Assembly (NCBI GenBank): GCA_016218095.1
Contig: JACREV010000004.1
Span: 1-32,887, forward strand
Length of the DNA: 32,887 nucleotides
Origin: Deltaproteobacteria bacterium
GTDB taxonomy: Bacteria; Desulfobacterota; GWC2-55-46
Reading direction: 5' to 3'
Below, piece after piece: positions 1-8,979 of the stretch. The notes beneath the pieces were generated by a model, which ran no database searches, was not told the DNA's origin, and saw only the letters and a program-made list of their open reading frames with translations. A program made the translations under genes and the position numbers. Positions within the stretch are counted from its first letter, which is position 1; each line of letters starts with the position of its first letter.

Positions 1-69
1 CCCCGCCTTTTATTTACGAGACCCCTGCATAACCCGTATGTCTGTATGACACCGGATTTTCAAAACCGG

Positions 70-93
70 ATTCCCGATAAAAACCTCGGGAAT
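70..93. repeat. Palindromic unit ATTCCCGA-N8-TCGGGAAT followed by GAC (REP-like). It lies just downstream of folE2 and may also act as its terminator.
   Basis: 8-bp perfect inverted repeat. The same GGATTCCCG...CGGGAATGAC unit recurs at 12964-12996. Confidence 0.5.
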
Positions 94-110
94 GACAGAC
101 AAAAACCATC

Positions 111-911
111 CTATAACCGTCCTTTCTCTGAGAGGTCCCTTTCGAGGAAGGCGTACGCGCTGTGGTTGTGGATCGATTCCCAGTTCTCGGCCTCTACCCT
201 GAACCATCTTATCGACTTTATCTTCTTGAGGTTCAGCGCGGCCTCCCTTACGACGTCCTCGACGAACATCGGGTTGTCGTAGGAGTGCTCGGTGACGTGC
301 TTCTCGTCGACCCTCTTTAAAAGCGAATATACCGGGCTCGAGGCAGACTTTTCAATCGCCTTCACTATGTCCTCTATCCAGACGAAGCCGTCGAAGCGGA
401 CCGAGACCTTCACTATCCCCCTCTGGTTGTGCGCGCCGCGCTCGCTTATCTCCTTGGAGCACGGGCAAAGGGTGGAGACAGGCACCGAGACCGAGAGCAC
501 GAAATCCCTTTTTTCCTTCAGTTCCCCGGAGTACGCGCACATGTATTCCATGAGCCCCTTTGACTTCGATACCGGCGCGGATTTCTCTATGAAGTACGGG
601 AATTCGACGTGGAGGTGGGCGGTCGAGGCGTTGAACCTCTTTTTCATCTTATCGAGTATCTCAGGGAAGTTCCTTACCGAGATCTCGCCCCTGTGCTCGT
701 TCAATATCTCGATGAACCTCGACATGTGCGTGCCCTTGAACTGGTGCGGGAGGTCGACGTACATGTTTATCGAGGCTATCGTGTGCTGGAACTTGTTCTT
801 CCTGTCGAGCACTACTATCGGGTAGCGGATGTCCTTTACGCCGACCTTGTCGATGGCTATGCGCCTTGAGTCCGGAGAGGCCTGGACGTCCCTCAGTATC
901 TTCTTTGCCAT
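111..911 (-). CDS. folE2: GTP cyclohydrolase I type 2 (FolE2/MptA family)
   Basis: 266-aa ORF with ATG start. Carries the FolE2-type motif STLCPCSKEIS..GAHNQR and lies directly downstream of queD. Confidence 0.88.
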   Translation of the reverse strand: MAKKILRDVQASPDSRRIAIDKVGVKDIRYPIVVLDRKNKFQHTIASINMYVDLPHQFKGTHMSRFIEILNEHRGEISVRNFPEILDKMKKRFNASTAHLHVEFPYFIEKSAPVSKSKGLMEYMCAYSGELKEKRDFVLSVSVPVSTLCPCSKEISERGAHNQRGIVKVSVRFDGFVWIEDIVKAIEKSASSPVYSLLKRVDEKHVTEHSYDNPMFVEDVVREAALNLKKIKSIRWFRVEAENWESIHNHSAYAFLERDLSEKGRL

Positions 912-929
912 TCCGTTAAAGTACCTTTT

Positions 930-1307
930 TTATTCCGAGTACGAGGCCGAGGCGTTATCGGATTCCCAGACGCGCACGCCGGATACTTTTATATTGCCGT
1001 CGTTCAGCGCCTTCGAGAGCACGGTGAATATGTGCCTTGAGATGTTCTCGGCGGTCGCGTTCTCCCTGTCGAACGGAGGGACCTCGTTAAGGTACCTGTG
1101 GTCGAGGCCGTCGACTACCTTCTTCAGAGCGCCTTTCAGGACCTTGAAATCGAGCGCCATGCCGAGCTTATCGAGCCTCTCGGCGATGATGCTCGCCTCG
1201 ACCTTCCAGTTGTGGCCGTGGAGGTTCTCGCACGCGCCCTCGTAGCCCCGGAGGTTGTGGGCCGACGAAAAATGGGAGGTTACGGTCAGTTCGTACATAA
1301 GAAACAT
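930..1307 (-). CDS. queD: 6-carboxy-5,6,7,8-tetrahydropterin synthase / 6-pyruvoyl-tetrahydropterin synthase family (QueD)
   Basis: 125-aa ORF with C-x3-HGH motif (CENLHGHNW) and SSAHNL near the N-terminus. An alternative ATG at 1298 gives MYELTV... Confidence 0.85.
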   Translation of the reverse strand: MFLMYELTVTSHFSSAHNLRGYEGACENLHGHNWKVEASIIAERLDKLGMALDFKVLKGALKKVVDGLDHRYLNEVPPFDRENATAENISRHIFTVLSKALNDGNIKVSGVRVWESDNASASYSE

Positions 1308-1459
1308 TTTAACACAGTTCGTTGATTCAAAATCAATAAAAAAAGGGTTAAAGGCTTATTAAGTTACGCCCCGCCCCCGTCTTTATGCCTTGACTTTACC
1401 CTCCCCCAACGGATATCCTGTTTGTTGCAAAAAATCGTTCCGGAAGGGAATGTGACCAC

Positions 1460-2287
1460 ATGAAAAAGCATTTAACGAGCCTCTCCGTCTCTCTCGCCCT
1501 CGCGGTTTTCGCCTTTTCAGCGACAACCCACGCCAAGGTCCAGGCAGAGGAGGCGAAGCCGGCGGCCGCGTCCGTACAGGCCGCGTCTGCCGCGCTCGCC
1601 CCCGGAAAGACCGTTTTCGACGCATCGCACTCCGAGATATTCTCTCCGGTGAAGGATGGCCCTCTCAACTACACGGGCTTCTATAACGCGCTTAAGAAGT
1701 CGGGCGAGGAGGTCTCCTTGAACGAGGGGCAGATAAACACGGACGCCCTTGCGCGCGCGACCACCTATGTCATAGCCGGCCCATCCCAGCCCATAGCAAG
1801 GGGCGAGATAGCCGCGCTCACCGACTTCGTGAACAACGGCGGCAACCTCCTCGTCCTCCTACACATCTCGGGGCCGGTCGCCCAGCTTACCGAGGAGTTC
1901 GGGATAATCGTCTCCAACTTCGTGATATCCGAAAAGTCGGGTAACATAAAAAAACAATCTCAGGACTTCTATGTCTCTTCCATCATTCCGCACCCGGTGA
2001 CAGCGGGGGTGAAGAAACTCGCCGTATTCGGGACGTGGGGCCTGCTCGCCGAGGGGGACGCCAAGGCCGTCGCGTCCACCTCTGATAATGCCTGGGCGGA
2101 CATGAACAGGAACAGGAAGCTCGACAAGGACGAGCCGGTGCAGGCCTTCGGGATAGTCGCGGTGAGCGAATACGGCAAGGGCAAGGTCGTGGTCGTCGCA
2201 GACGACGCGCCCTTCGCCAACAAGTTCATAAAAGAGGCCGACAACAGGAAGCTCGCCGATAACATCATCAGGTGGTTCAGGGAATAG
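1460..2287 (+). CDS. Secreted protein, DUF4350/GldG-N-like (glutamine-amidotransferase-like fold) - tentative
   Basis: Clear signal peptide (LALAVFAFSATTHA). Segment TYVIAGPSQPI..EIAALTDFVNNGGNLLVLLH resembles DUF4350. Gene-like codon usage. Confidence 0.6.
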   Translation: MKKHLTSLSVSLALAVFAFSATTHAKVQAEEAKPAAASVQAASAALAPGKTVFDASHSEIFSPVKDGPLNYTGFYNALKKSGEEVSLNEGQINTDALARATTYVIAGPSQPIARGEIAALTDFVNNGGNLLVLLHISGPVAQLTEEFGIIVSNFVISEKSGNIKKQSQDFYVSSIIPHPVTAGVKKLAVFGTWGLLAEGDAKAVASTSDNAWADMNRNRKLDKDEPVQAFGIVAVSEYGKGKVVVVADDAPFANKFIKEADNRKLADNIIRWFRE

Positions 2288-2290
2288 GGG

Positions 2291-3331
2291 ATGTCGAAGG
2301 TCTGGCGTTTCTTTTCATCCCTGTGGCTGACGATCGTACTCGCGTTCGTCATCTGCGTCGTGGCGGCGCTGGGGTCGCTTCTCACCATGAAGTACCCCCG
2401 GTTCTACAGGGGGCTCGACCAGGAGATCCTCTTTCCATGGCTCGCCGATGAAGGGCTTAAATACCTGCCGCTCACGCTCTGGATATACGCGCTCGTCTTT
2501 CTCGTATCCCTCTTTGCGATAAACACGGTCGTCTGCACGCTCGACAAGGTCTGGCTCATCTTAAGGTCGAAGAGGCCCGTCCAGTCATTCTTCCCGCATA
2601 TCGTACACGTCGGGTTCCTGATAGCCCTCCTCGGCCATCTCGCCGGAAGCGTCGGCGGCTTCAGGTCCCCCGGGAACGTCGTTTTCAAGGGGGGCGAAGT
2701 GCCCGTGCCGAACGCGCCGGGGCTTACGGTCAGGCTGAATGAAATGGAAATAAAGGGGAGCGAGGAGCGCGGGGTCGAATACCTGAGGTCCAATATCACG
2801 CTCCTTAAGGACGGCGGCGAGGTAAAGACAGGCGACATAGAGATGAACGGCCCCGTCATCTACAAGGGCATCGCCTTCTACCACCTCGACCAGGGGACCT
2901 CCCCTGCCGGGATAGTCCTCTCATACGATGGAGAGTTGATAGAGGCGGACTTCGACTCTGCCTTCAAGACATCCGACGGCGCGTCTTTCTCTCTCGGGGA
3001 GATATACCCCGACTTCGCGCTCGACGTGGAAGGCAGGCCCTACAGCCGCTCCAACGACTTCAGTAACCCGCACATGGAGATAAGGGGCCCGGGCAATGAG
3101 TCCGCCTTCCTCGACATCTCGAGGACCGGCACGAGCGTATCCGCGGGCGGCAGGGTCTTCAGGCTCGAGGACTTCATAATAAAGGAATACGCCGTGCTCG
3201 CCATACATAAAGACCCCGGCATCTGGCTCATCATCGCGGGCTCCGCGGTGCTCGTCGTCGGCATGCTCCTCCTGCTCTTTTTCAGGGGCGAGAGGGGCGA
3301 GCTCGTCAGACAGGGGCTGATCAAGCAATAA
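2291..3331 (+). CDS. ResB/Ccs1-like cytochrome c biogenesis membrane protein (short form)
   Basis: N-terminus FFSSLWLTIVLAFV...GSLL, a second TM ending NTVVCTLDK, and a C-terminal TM after KDPGIWLI match the ResB architecture. It starts 3 nt after the upstream gene. Confidence 0.6.
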   Translation: MSKVWRFFSSLWLTIVLAFVICVVAALGSLLTMKYPRFYRGLDQEILFPWLADEGLKYLPLTLWIYALVFLVSLFAINTVVCTLDKVWLILRSKRPVQSFFPHIVHVGFLIALLGHLAGSVGGFRSPGNVVFKGGEVPVPNAPGLTVRLNEMEIKGSEERGVEYLRSNITLLKDGGEVKTGDIEMNGPVIYKGIAFYHLDQGTSPAGIVLSYDGELIEADFDSAFKTSDGASFSLGEIYPDFALDVEGRPYSRSNDFSNPHMEIRGPGNESAFLDISRTGTSVSAGGRVFRLEDFIIKEYAVLAIHKDPGIWLIIAGSAVLVVGMLLLLFFRGERGELVRQGLIKQ

Positions 3332-3344
3332 GGGAGACTCTGCT

Positions 3345-4367
3345 TTGCTCTACGAACTTCTTGTATTAGGCTTTTACCTCGTCGTCATAATAGCGGCGGC
3401 CGAGATCTTCACGAACGCGATAGAGGCGCTCGGCGCGAAGCTCAAATTCTCCGAGGGCGTCACGGGCTCTATTTTCGCGGCCGTGGGCACGGCGCTCCCG
3501 GAGACGATGGTCCCGCTCGTCGCCATATTCGGCGGCAACTCGGCGCACGTGAGCGAGGAGGTCGGCGTCGGAGCGATACTCGGCGCGCCGTTCATGCTCT
3601 CAACGCTCGCGATGTTCCTCGTGGGCCTCTCCGCGTGGCAATTCAGGAAAAAGAGGCCCTCGTCGGACGTAGCCCCCGAGAGGTCCGGCTTCAAGCGCGA
3701 TATGGAGTTCTTCCTCTTCGCCTTCATACTCTCGTTCCTCGTCGCCTTCACGCCTCACGAGTACAGGTCTGTCCGGCTATTCGTATGCTTCGTGCTGGTG
3801 CTCACCTACTTCTACTATGTCCTTGAGACGGTAAAGGCTAGCGCGGAGCTCGTAAAGGACGGCCACTCGACCGAGAGCACGAAAGGCCTTTACCTCTCAC
3901 TCATTTTAAAAGAGCACATGGGGACGGTCCTCATCCAGCTCCTCTTCGCGCTCGGCCTCATAGTGCTCGGCGCCCGGGGCTTTGTCCACGGAGTAGAGGC
4001 GCTCTCGGAGATACTTCAGATGCCGATAATTGCGCTCTCGCTCCTGATCGTTCCCATTGCGACGGAACTTCCGGAGAAGATCAACAGCATACTCTGGATA
4101 AGGAACGGCAAGGACACGATGGCCGTCGGCAACATCACCGGGGCGATGGTCTTCCAGGGGAGCCTCCTGCCGGCGATAGGCATATTCCTCACGCCCTGGA
4201 CGCTCAACACGACCGTCTTGACGAGCGGCGTCATCACCATAATAGCCTCTCTCTGGCTCTACCTCATGGCCGTGAAGTTCAAAAGGCTCAACCCCTTCTA
4301 CTTCATACTGAACGGCGTCTGCTACGCCTCCTTTGTCCTCATAGTCTTATTCATGCTTATCAGATGA
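3345..4367 (+). CDS. Na+/Ca2+ exchanger (CaCA/YrbG-like) family membrane protein
   Basis: TTG start with AGGGAG Shine-Dalgarno 8 nt upstream. Two alpha-repeat-like motifs: GVTGSIFAAVGTALPE and GNITGAMVFQGSLLPAIG. Confidence 0.75.
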   Translation: MLYELLVLGFYLVVIIAAAEIFTNAIEALGAKLKFSEGVTGSIFAAVGTALPETMVPLVAIFGGNSAHVSEEVGVGAILGAPFMLSTLAMFLVGLSAWQFRKKRPSSDVAPERSGFKRDMEFFLFAFILSFLVAFTPHEYRSVRLFVCFVLVLTYFYYVLETVKASAELVKDGHSTESTKGLYLSLILKEHMGTVLIQLLFALGLIVLGARGFVHGVEALSEILQMPIIALSLLIVPIATELPEKINSILWIRNGKDTMAVGNITGAMVFQGSLLPAIGIFLTPWTLNTTVLTSGVITIIASLWLYLMAVKFKRLNPFYFILNGVCYASFVLIVLFMLIR

Positions 4368-4447
4368 TGCCGCGGGCCCGGCGTTTTTTCTACGCAAGGC
4401 CCGCGCCTCTCTTGCCCGTTGGTACGGAAAGCGATATATACTATCGT

Positions 4448-5350
4448 ATGCAAAGGATCAAGGACTTTTTCCTCTCTACCCGGCCGCAGTTCTTCCCGGG
4501 AATAGCTGTGCCGGTCTCGCTCGGCGCCTCAGTCGCGTGGCACACTCACGGCGAGTTCCACCCGGCGCGCTTCCTTATTTCCCTCATGGCGGCAATCCTC
4601 TTCCACGGCGGGATGAACGTTTTGAACGACTACTTCGACTTCAAAAACGGGGCCGACAACATCAACACCTCGGCGCTCACGCCCTTTACCGGCGGGAGCC
4701 GTTTTATCCAGAACGGGCGCATAACACCCGGTGAGACCCTCGTTTTCGGGCTTTCGCTCGTTTTACTCGGGTCTATCGCGGGGCTATATCTCGCGCTCAC
4801 CATAAACCCGTTGCTCATCGTCATCGGGGCCTTGGGGCTCCTCATAGGTTTTTTCTACTCCGCGCCTCCGGTCTTTCTCGTCGGACGCGGGCTTGGGGAA
4901 GCGGCCGTGGGGCTGTCGTTCGGCGTGTTGACGGTCCTCGGGGCCTATCTCGTACAGACAGGGGAGCTCGGCACACACGCCTTCTTTTCGTCCCTCCCGA
5001 TCTCCTTCCTCATAGCCGCGCTCCTTTTCATAAACGAGTTCCCTGACTACGAGGCGGACAAGAAGGCGGGCAAAAGGACGCTCGTCGTAAGGCTCGGCCC
5101 CGAGCGCGGCAGGTGGGGGATACTCGTTATACTCGGGGGCGCATACGCCTCCATCATAGCCGGCGCGGCCTTCGGGGTACTTCCAAAGGCCTCCCTCATA
5201 GCCGCGCTCTCCGTCGTGACGGTGCTACCCGGTGCCGTAGGGCTCATAAGGAATTACCGGGGAGGCCCCGCGCTCATCCCATCGATAAAATCGATAATAC
5301 TTGCGCACCTCTCGACAGGCGTCCTGCTTATCGTATCGAACCTCGTATAA
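4448..5350 (+). CDS. menA: UbiA-family prenyltransferase, MenA-like (1,4-dihydroxy-2-naphthoate polyprenyltransferase)
   Basis: Motif NVLNDYFDFKNGADN plus a second Asp-rich region FINEFPDYEADKKAGKRT. Polytopic. Start placed at the internal ATG (MQRIKDFF); the ORF is open from 4364. Confidence 0.75.
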   Translation: MQRIKDFFLSTRPQFFPGIAVPVSLGASVAWHTHGEFHPARFLISLMAAILFHGGMNVLNDYFDFKNGADNINTSALTPFTGGSRFIQNGRITPGETLVFGLSLVLLGSIAGLYLALTINPLLIVIGALGLLIGFFYSAPPVFLVGRGLGEAAVGLSFGVLTVLGAYLVQTGELGTHAFFSSLPISFLIAALLFINEFPDYEADKKAGKRTLVVRLGPERGRWGILVILGGAYASIIAGAAFGVLPKASLIAALSVVTVLPGAVGLIRNYRGGPALIPSIKSIILAHLSTGVLLIVSNLV

Positions 5351-5369
5351 TTTCTTCTCCCCAGGCCCC

Positions 5370-5398
5370 TTGACAATACGGCCCCCTGTACCTATCCT
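5370..5398 (+). promoter_or_regulatory. Sigma70-type promoter candidate for the Hsp20 gene
   Basis: TTGACA (5370-5375), 17-nt spacer, TATCCT (5393-5398). An AAAGGAGGG Shine-Dalgarno precedes the ATG at 5440. Confidence 0.45.
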
Positions 5399-5439
5399 TT
5401 AGTTAAATATACGCACTAAGGCTGAAAGGAGGGCTTTCC

Positions 5440-5904
5440 ATGTCGCTTGAAAAATGGAATCCGTTACGTGAGCTTGAGTCCATGAAGAGAGAGATGGACA
5501 AGATCTGGGACGACGTATTCGCCTCGCCGAGACGCGTAGAGGTCCCCTGGAGGAGGCCGGCGGAGAGGGGCGGGGTCGCCTCGCCGGCGGTCGACATAAT
5601 CGACAAGCCGAACGAGATAATCGTAAAGGCAGAGATGCCGGGGGTCGCAAAGGAGAACATCGACATATCGATGCAGGAGGGGACGCTCACCCTGAAGGGA
5701 GAGATAAAGGAGGAGGCCGAGAAGGAAAATGGTGAGTACTCGTACTCGGAGAGGACCTACAGGTACTACTCCCGCGCCATAAACATCCCGGTAAAGATAG
5801 CGGCGGAGGCCATAAAGGCGACGCTAAAGGACGGGATACTCTCGGTCCATCTGCCGAAGGCAGAGGACCTGCAACCCAAGAAGATCAAGGTCGAGATCGC
5901 GTAA
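5440..5904 (+). CDS. Hsp20/alpha-crystallin family small heat-shock protein
   Basis: 154 aa. N-terminus WNPLRELESM.., then PAVDI.E....I.V.AE.PGV.KE.I.I......L.L.GE and the C-terminal KKIKVEI pattern typical of sHSPs. Confidence 0.92.
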   Translation: MSLEKWNPLRELESMKREMDKIWDDVFASPRRVEVPWRRPAERGGVASPAVDIIDKPNEIIVKAEMPGVAKENIDISMQEGTLTLKGEIKEEAEKENGEYSYSERTYRYYSRAINIPVKIAAEAIKATLKDGILSVHLPKAEDLQPKKIKVEIA

Positions 5905-5958
5905 CCCGCCGCCTCCCCTGCCGAACAGACACCGCCCATGTGCAGGAACCCATACCCC

Positions 5959-5988
5959 GGTGAGCCGCCCCTTTTGGGGCGGCTCACC
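5959..5988 (+). terminator. GC-rich hairpin downstream of the Hsp20 gene
   Basis: Perfect 13-bp stem GGTGAGCCGCCCC / GGGGCGGCTCACC with a TTTT loop. The T-run (5997-6000) is not immediately adjacent. Confidence 0.55.
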
Positions 5989-6045
5989 CCTGCACCTTTT
6001 CAGCTCGACACAACCTGAAAATCTACCCTCCCGGCCTTGGTAATA

Positions 6046-6074
6046 CTGCGCCCCTCCTGAAAAGAGGGGCGCAG
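6046..6074 (-). terminator. Hairpin 24 nt downstream of the 6098-6469 gene (possibly bidirectional)
   Basis: 11-bp stem CTGCGCCCCTC / GAGGGGCGCAG. There is no clear U-tract on the minus strand. On the plus strand AAAAGACTTTTCTTT follows. Confidence 0.35.
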
Positions 6075-6097
6075 AAAAGACTTTTCTTTAGGCTACC

Positions 6098-6469
6098 TCA
6101 ATCAACCCTTCCCGGCCCTGTCGTCCATACCTGTATGCCGAACCTCTTCGCGAGCACAACGAGCCTCTCAAGGTGCCTTAAGTCCCCCTCGTCTTCGAGT
6201 ATCAACAACACCCCAGGCCGCCTCCCGGTCATCTCTGCGTAATAGAGCGACTGTCCCACCGCCTCGGCCCACTTCGAGGCGAAATCGACCTCGACCGCGT
6301 ATTCTCCAGTAAGGCAGTCGACGCGGGTCTTATCCGGCAGGGTATATTCGACGACGCCGCCGACGTCCGCGCACCACTCCTCCTGGTACGCCCTCTCGGG
6401 CGTACGCGCAAAGACAAGGCCCGGCAAAAAAAATGCCAGGAAAAGGATAGTGACAGCGTATCGCCGCAT
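6098..6469 (-). CDS. Small secreted hypothetical protein (possible PD-(D/E)xK-like core)
   Basis: Signal peptide (ILFLAFFLPGLVFA), ATG start with Shine-Dalgarno. Segment VDCLTGEYAVEVDFASKW resembles a D...E-x-D/K nuclease-fold motif. Confidence 0.55.
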   Translation of the reverse strand: MRRYAVTILFLAFFLPGLVFARTPERAYQEEWCADVGGVVEYTLPDKTRVDCLTGEYAVEVDFASKWAEAVGQSLYYAEMTGRRPGVLLILEDEGDLRHLERLVVLAKRFGIQVWTTGPGRVD

Positions 6470-6596
6470 CCTTTACTTCCGGGGACTAAATTTTTACGGA
6501 TTTCAGTCAAGATGAGGATTTACGAAGTGGTCCGGGCTTGGCCCGGAGAAAGACTTACTGGGAAATCTTATCTGAAAAATTCAGGGAGTCAAGGGG

Positions 6597-8525
6597 TCAG
6601 TCGTTGTCTAACGCCTCTGCCTCCGGGAGGGCCGCCGTGTTGTTCACGAGAGAGCGCCATTTAACGGCGGCGTCAGCAACGGCTACGACCGCGAGAGCGG
6701 CCATGGCCGCTACAAGTACCGAATCGAGCCTGAATGTGAATGCGTCGGAGGGGTTCACGGCTGTCGCCGCCTTTGTCGAGAATATCCAGAAGAGCTTCCA
6801 CGAGGCGACGATCGTCATGACGAACATGAATACCATGGGTATGAGCGTCACGAGCGCGTACTTGATATTGTCCGGCTTGAGCTTAAGTATTATCGTCGTT
6901 CCGACGGTAAGCGCGAGCGCGGCGAGCAACTGGTTTGCGACCCCGAACATCGGCCAAATCGTCGAGACGGACCCCGAGCTTATAAGGTACGCCCACGCGA
7001 CGACGACGAGCGCGCTCGTCAACACCGTCCCCGGCATCCAGTTGGTCCTGCCGAGCGGCTTATATACATACGCTCCGAGTTCCTGGAGTATGAACCGCGC
7101 GACCCTCGTGCCGGTATCTACCGTCGTCAAAATAAAGAGCGCCTCGAACATGAGCGCGAAGTTGTACCAGTAGGGCATGAGCCCCTTCATGCCGGGCAGC
7201 GCCGAGAATATGTACGACATCCCGACCGCCAGCGACACCGCGCCTCCGGGCCGCCCGGCGACGTTCACCCCGACGGTCTCCGACAATTCGTTTATGTTCA
7301 CAGGCGGAAAGCCGAGCGCGGTGAGCGCGTCGGTTGATAAGGTCGTGTTTATCGCGAAGTAGTCTCCGGGGATAAGGACGGTAGCCGCGATTATCGCCAT
7401 CACCGCGACGAACCCCTCGGCGAGCATCGCGCCGAAGCCTATTAATTGAATGTCGCCCTCGCTCTTTATCATCTTGGGCGTGGTGCCCGACGATATAAGC
7501 GAATGGAAGCCCGAGATCGCGCCGCAGGCGATCGTTATGAACATGAACGGGAAGACGGCCCCCGGTATAACCGGCCCGCCGCCGTCTACGAACCTCGTGA
7601 ACGCGGGCATCTGTATCTCAGGGGCCATGAATATGACGCCAGCCGCGAGTATCAGGACCGTGCCGATCTTCAGATAAGTCGAGAGATAATCGCGCGGGCA
7701 AAGGAGCATCCATACGGGAAGGACAGAGGCGACGAACCCGTATGCCGCCATGATGACGACTATCGTGGTCTTATCGAGCGTAAAGAAGGGGCCGAGGGCG
7801 GACTCAGGTATGTACCTCCCGCCGATTACAGCGGCAAGCAGGAGCGCGACGCCTATGACGCTCACCTCTCCGACCTTCCCGTGCCTTATTTTATATAGAT
7901 AGAGGCCCATGAAGAGCGCGATAGGGATCGTCGCGAATATCGTGAAGGTCCCCCACGGGCTCTTGTACAGGGCGTTCACTACGGCGAGCCCGAGCCCCGC
8001 GAGCGCGACGATGATGATAAAGAGTATGGCAAGCGCGGCTGTAAACCCTGCTACCGGCCCTATCTCTTTTTTAGCGATTTGAGCGAGCGACGAGCCGTCC
8101 CTCCTGACTGACGCCGCGAGTATGACCATGTCGTGGACGGCGCCGCCGAAGGCGGCGCCTATGAGTATCCAGAGGAAGCCGGGGAGATACCCGAACTGCG
8201 CGGCGAGGACCGGGCCTATTAGCGGCCCTGCCCCGGCTATGGCCGCGAAGTGGTGGCCGAAGAGGACGAGCGTGTGCGTCGGGTGGAAGTCCTTGCCGTC
8301 GTTGTGCTTATAGGCCGGGGTCTTCCTGCCCTCGTCTAACGCGAGTATCTTCGCTGAGATGAACGCGCCGTAGACCCTGTATATGACGATAAAGAAACAG
8401 GCCGAGGCCGTCACAAGCCAGAGCGCGTTCACCGACTCCGACGGGCTCCATACGCGCACAGCGAACCCGAAGGAGACAGCGAAGACGATCGAGAGTATGC
8501 AAAGGATGATGGTCGAGGGCTTCAT
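6597..8525 (-). CDS. cstA: Carbon starvation protein A (peptide/pyruvate transporter family)
   Basis: Signature FGHHFAAIAGAGPLIGPVLAAQFGYLPG. Polytopic throughout. Start set at ATG 8525 (MKPSTII), because the longer ORF to 8636 runs into a repeat hairpin. Confidence 0.92.
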   Translation of the reverse strand: MKPSTIILCILSIVFAVSFGFAVRVWSPSESVNALWLVTASACFFIVIYRVYGAFISAKILALDEGRKTPAYKHNDGKDFHPTHTLVLFGHHFAAIAGAGPLIGPVLAAQFGYLPGFLWILIGAAFGGAVHDMVILAASVRRDGSSLAQIAKKEIGPVAGFTAALAILFIIIVALAGLGLAVVNALYKSPWGTFTIFATIPIALFMGLYLYKIRHGKVGEVSVIGVALLLAAVIGGRYIPESALGPFFTLDKTTIVVIMAAYGFVASVLPVWMLLCPRDYLSTYLKIGTVLILAAGVIFMAPEIQMPAFTRFVDGGGPVIPGAVFPFMFITIACGAISGFHSLISSGTTPKMIKSEGDIQLIGFGAMLAEGFVAVMAIIAATVLIPGDYFAINTTLSTDALTALGFPPVNINELSETVGVNVAGRPGGAVSLAVGMSYIFSALPGMKGLMPYWYNFALMFEALFILTTVDTGTRVARFILQELGAYVYKPLGRTNWMPGTVLTSALVVVAWAYLISSGSVSTIWPMFGVANQLLAALALTVGTTIILKLKPDNIKYALVTLIPMVFMFVMTIVASWKLFWIFSTKAATAVNPSDAFTFRLDSVLVAAMAALAVVAVADAAVKWRSLVNNTAALPEAEALDND

Positions 8526-8605
8526 AAGGGCTAATGAGTATTTTAAGGTAAAGGGAGGGAGGGTGTCAATAAGGGAGGGCCCTTTTAGCAATCCCCGAAT
8601 TAGAA

Positions 8606-8855
8606 TTGCGGGTTCAGGTTTGCAACCTGAACCCATTGTTTCGTGACCTTAATCGCGTTTGTATCGACTGTTTGAATCTTCTGCCTAAAGCCCTTTTGCG
8701 CGCTCCGCGCGCTTTTGGCGATGGCTCCGAGCGCTTTCTTCCTCCCCCACCCGCTCGCTCGCCCCTTTAGCGCTTCGCGTAAATCTTCCTCGGCTCGCTC
8801 GCCTCTTCCTCTCTTAGGCGCTCTCCGCCATGCGCCCGTGTGTTGGTAAAACAAA
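8606..8855 (+). repeat. Interspersed ~270-nt element, copy 1 (full length; boundaries approximate)
   Basis: The head hairpin GGGTTCAGGTTTGCAACCTGAACCC, the core TTTTGCGCGCTCCGCGCGCTTTTGGCGATGGCTCCGAGCGC and the tail CTTAGGCGCTCTCCGCCATGCGCC..GT..GTAAA are shared with copies at 10415 and 20527. Confidence 0.8.
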
Positions 8856-8895
8856 ACGAAAAAATTTTGCATTTTTTCCGCTTCGCCCCAAGGGA

Positions 8896-8930
8896 ATAAA
8901 AATCCCCGGCCTTGATTAAAAGGCCGGGGA
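8896..8930 (-). terminator. Rho-independent terminator of the PEP-CTERM gene
   Basis: 11-bp stem TCCCCGGCCTT / AAGGCCGGGGA, followed on the minus strand by TTTTTATT. Confidence 0.7.
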
Positions 8931-8979
8931 TGAATGGTCTTATGTTCGATTCGTTTGGGCTTGAAACCGCCGCTGGCGC

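Noticed and set aside
1308-1400. Possible preQ1 riboswitch upstream of queD
   Set aside because: I read the minus strand upstream of queD. It has no short P1 hairpin followed by an A-rich tail characteristic of preQ1-I, and the sequence is T-rich instead.
5376-5439. CIRCE (HrcA) operator or sigma32 promoter upstream of the Hsp20 gene
   Set aside because: Only a 5-bp TTAGT/ACTAA inverted repeat with 11-nt spacing is present, not TTAGCACTC-N9-GAGTGCTAA. CTTGACA...CCCCCTGT has the wrong spacing for a sigma32 promoter.
6538-7173. 211-aa + strand ORF inside cstA
   Set aside because: It is antisense to the strongly supported cstA frame.
8600-8872. ORFs drawn through the interspersed element copies (8600-8872 minus, 10422-10730 minus, 10469-10711 plus, 20527-20778 plus, 20662-21090 minus)
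   Set aside because: Different copies are open in different frames and strands, and indels between copies shift the frame. No Shine-Dalgarno sequences are present. Conservation is at the nucleotide level, so they are annotated as repeats.
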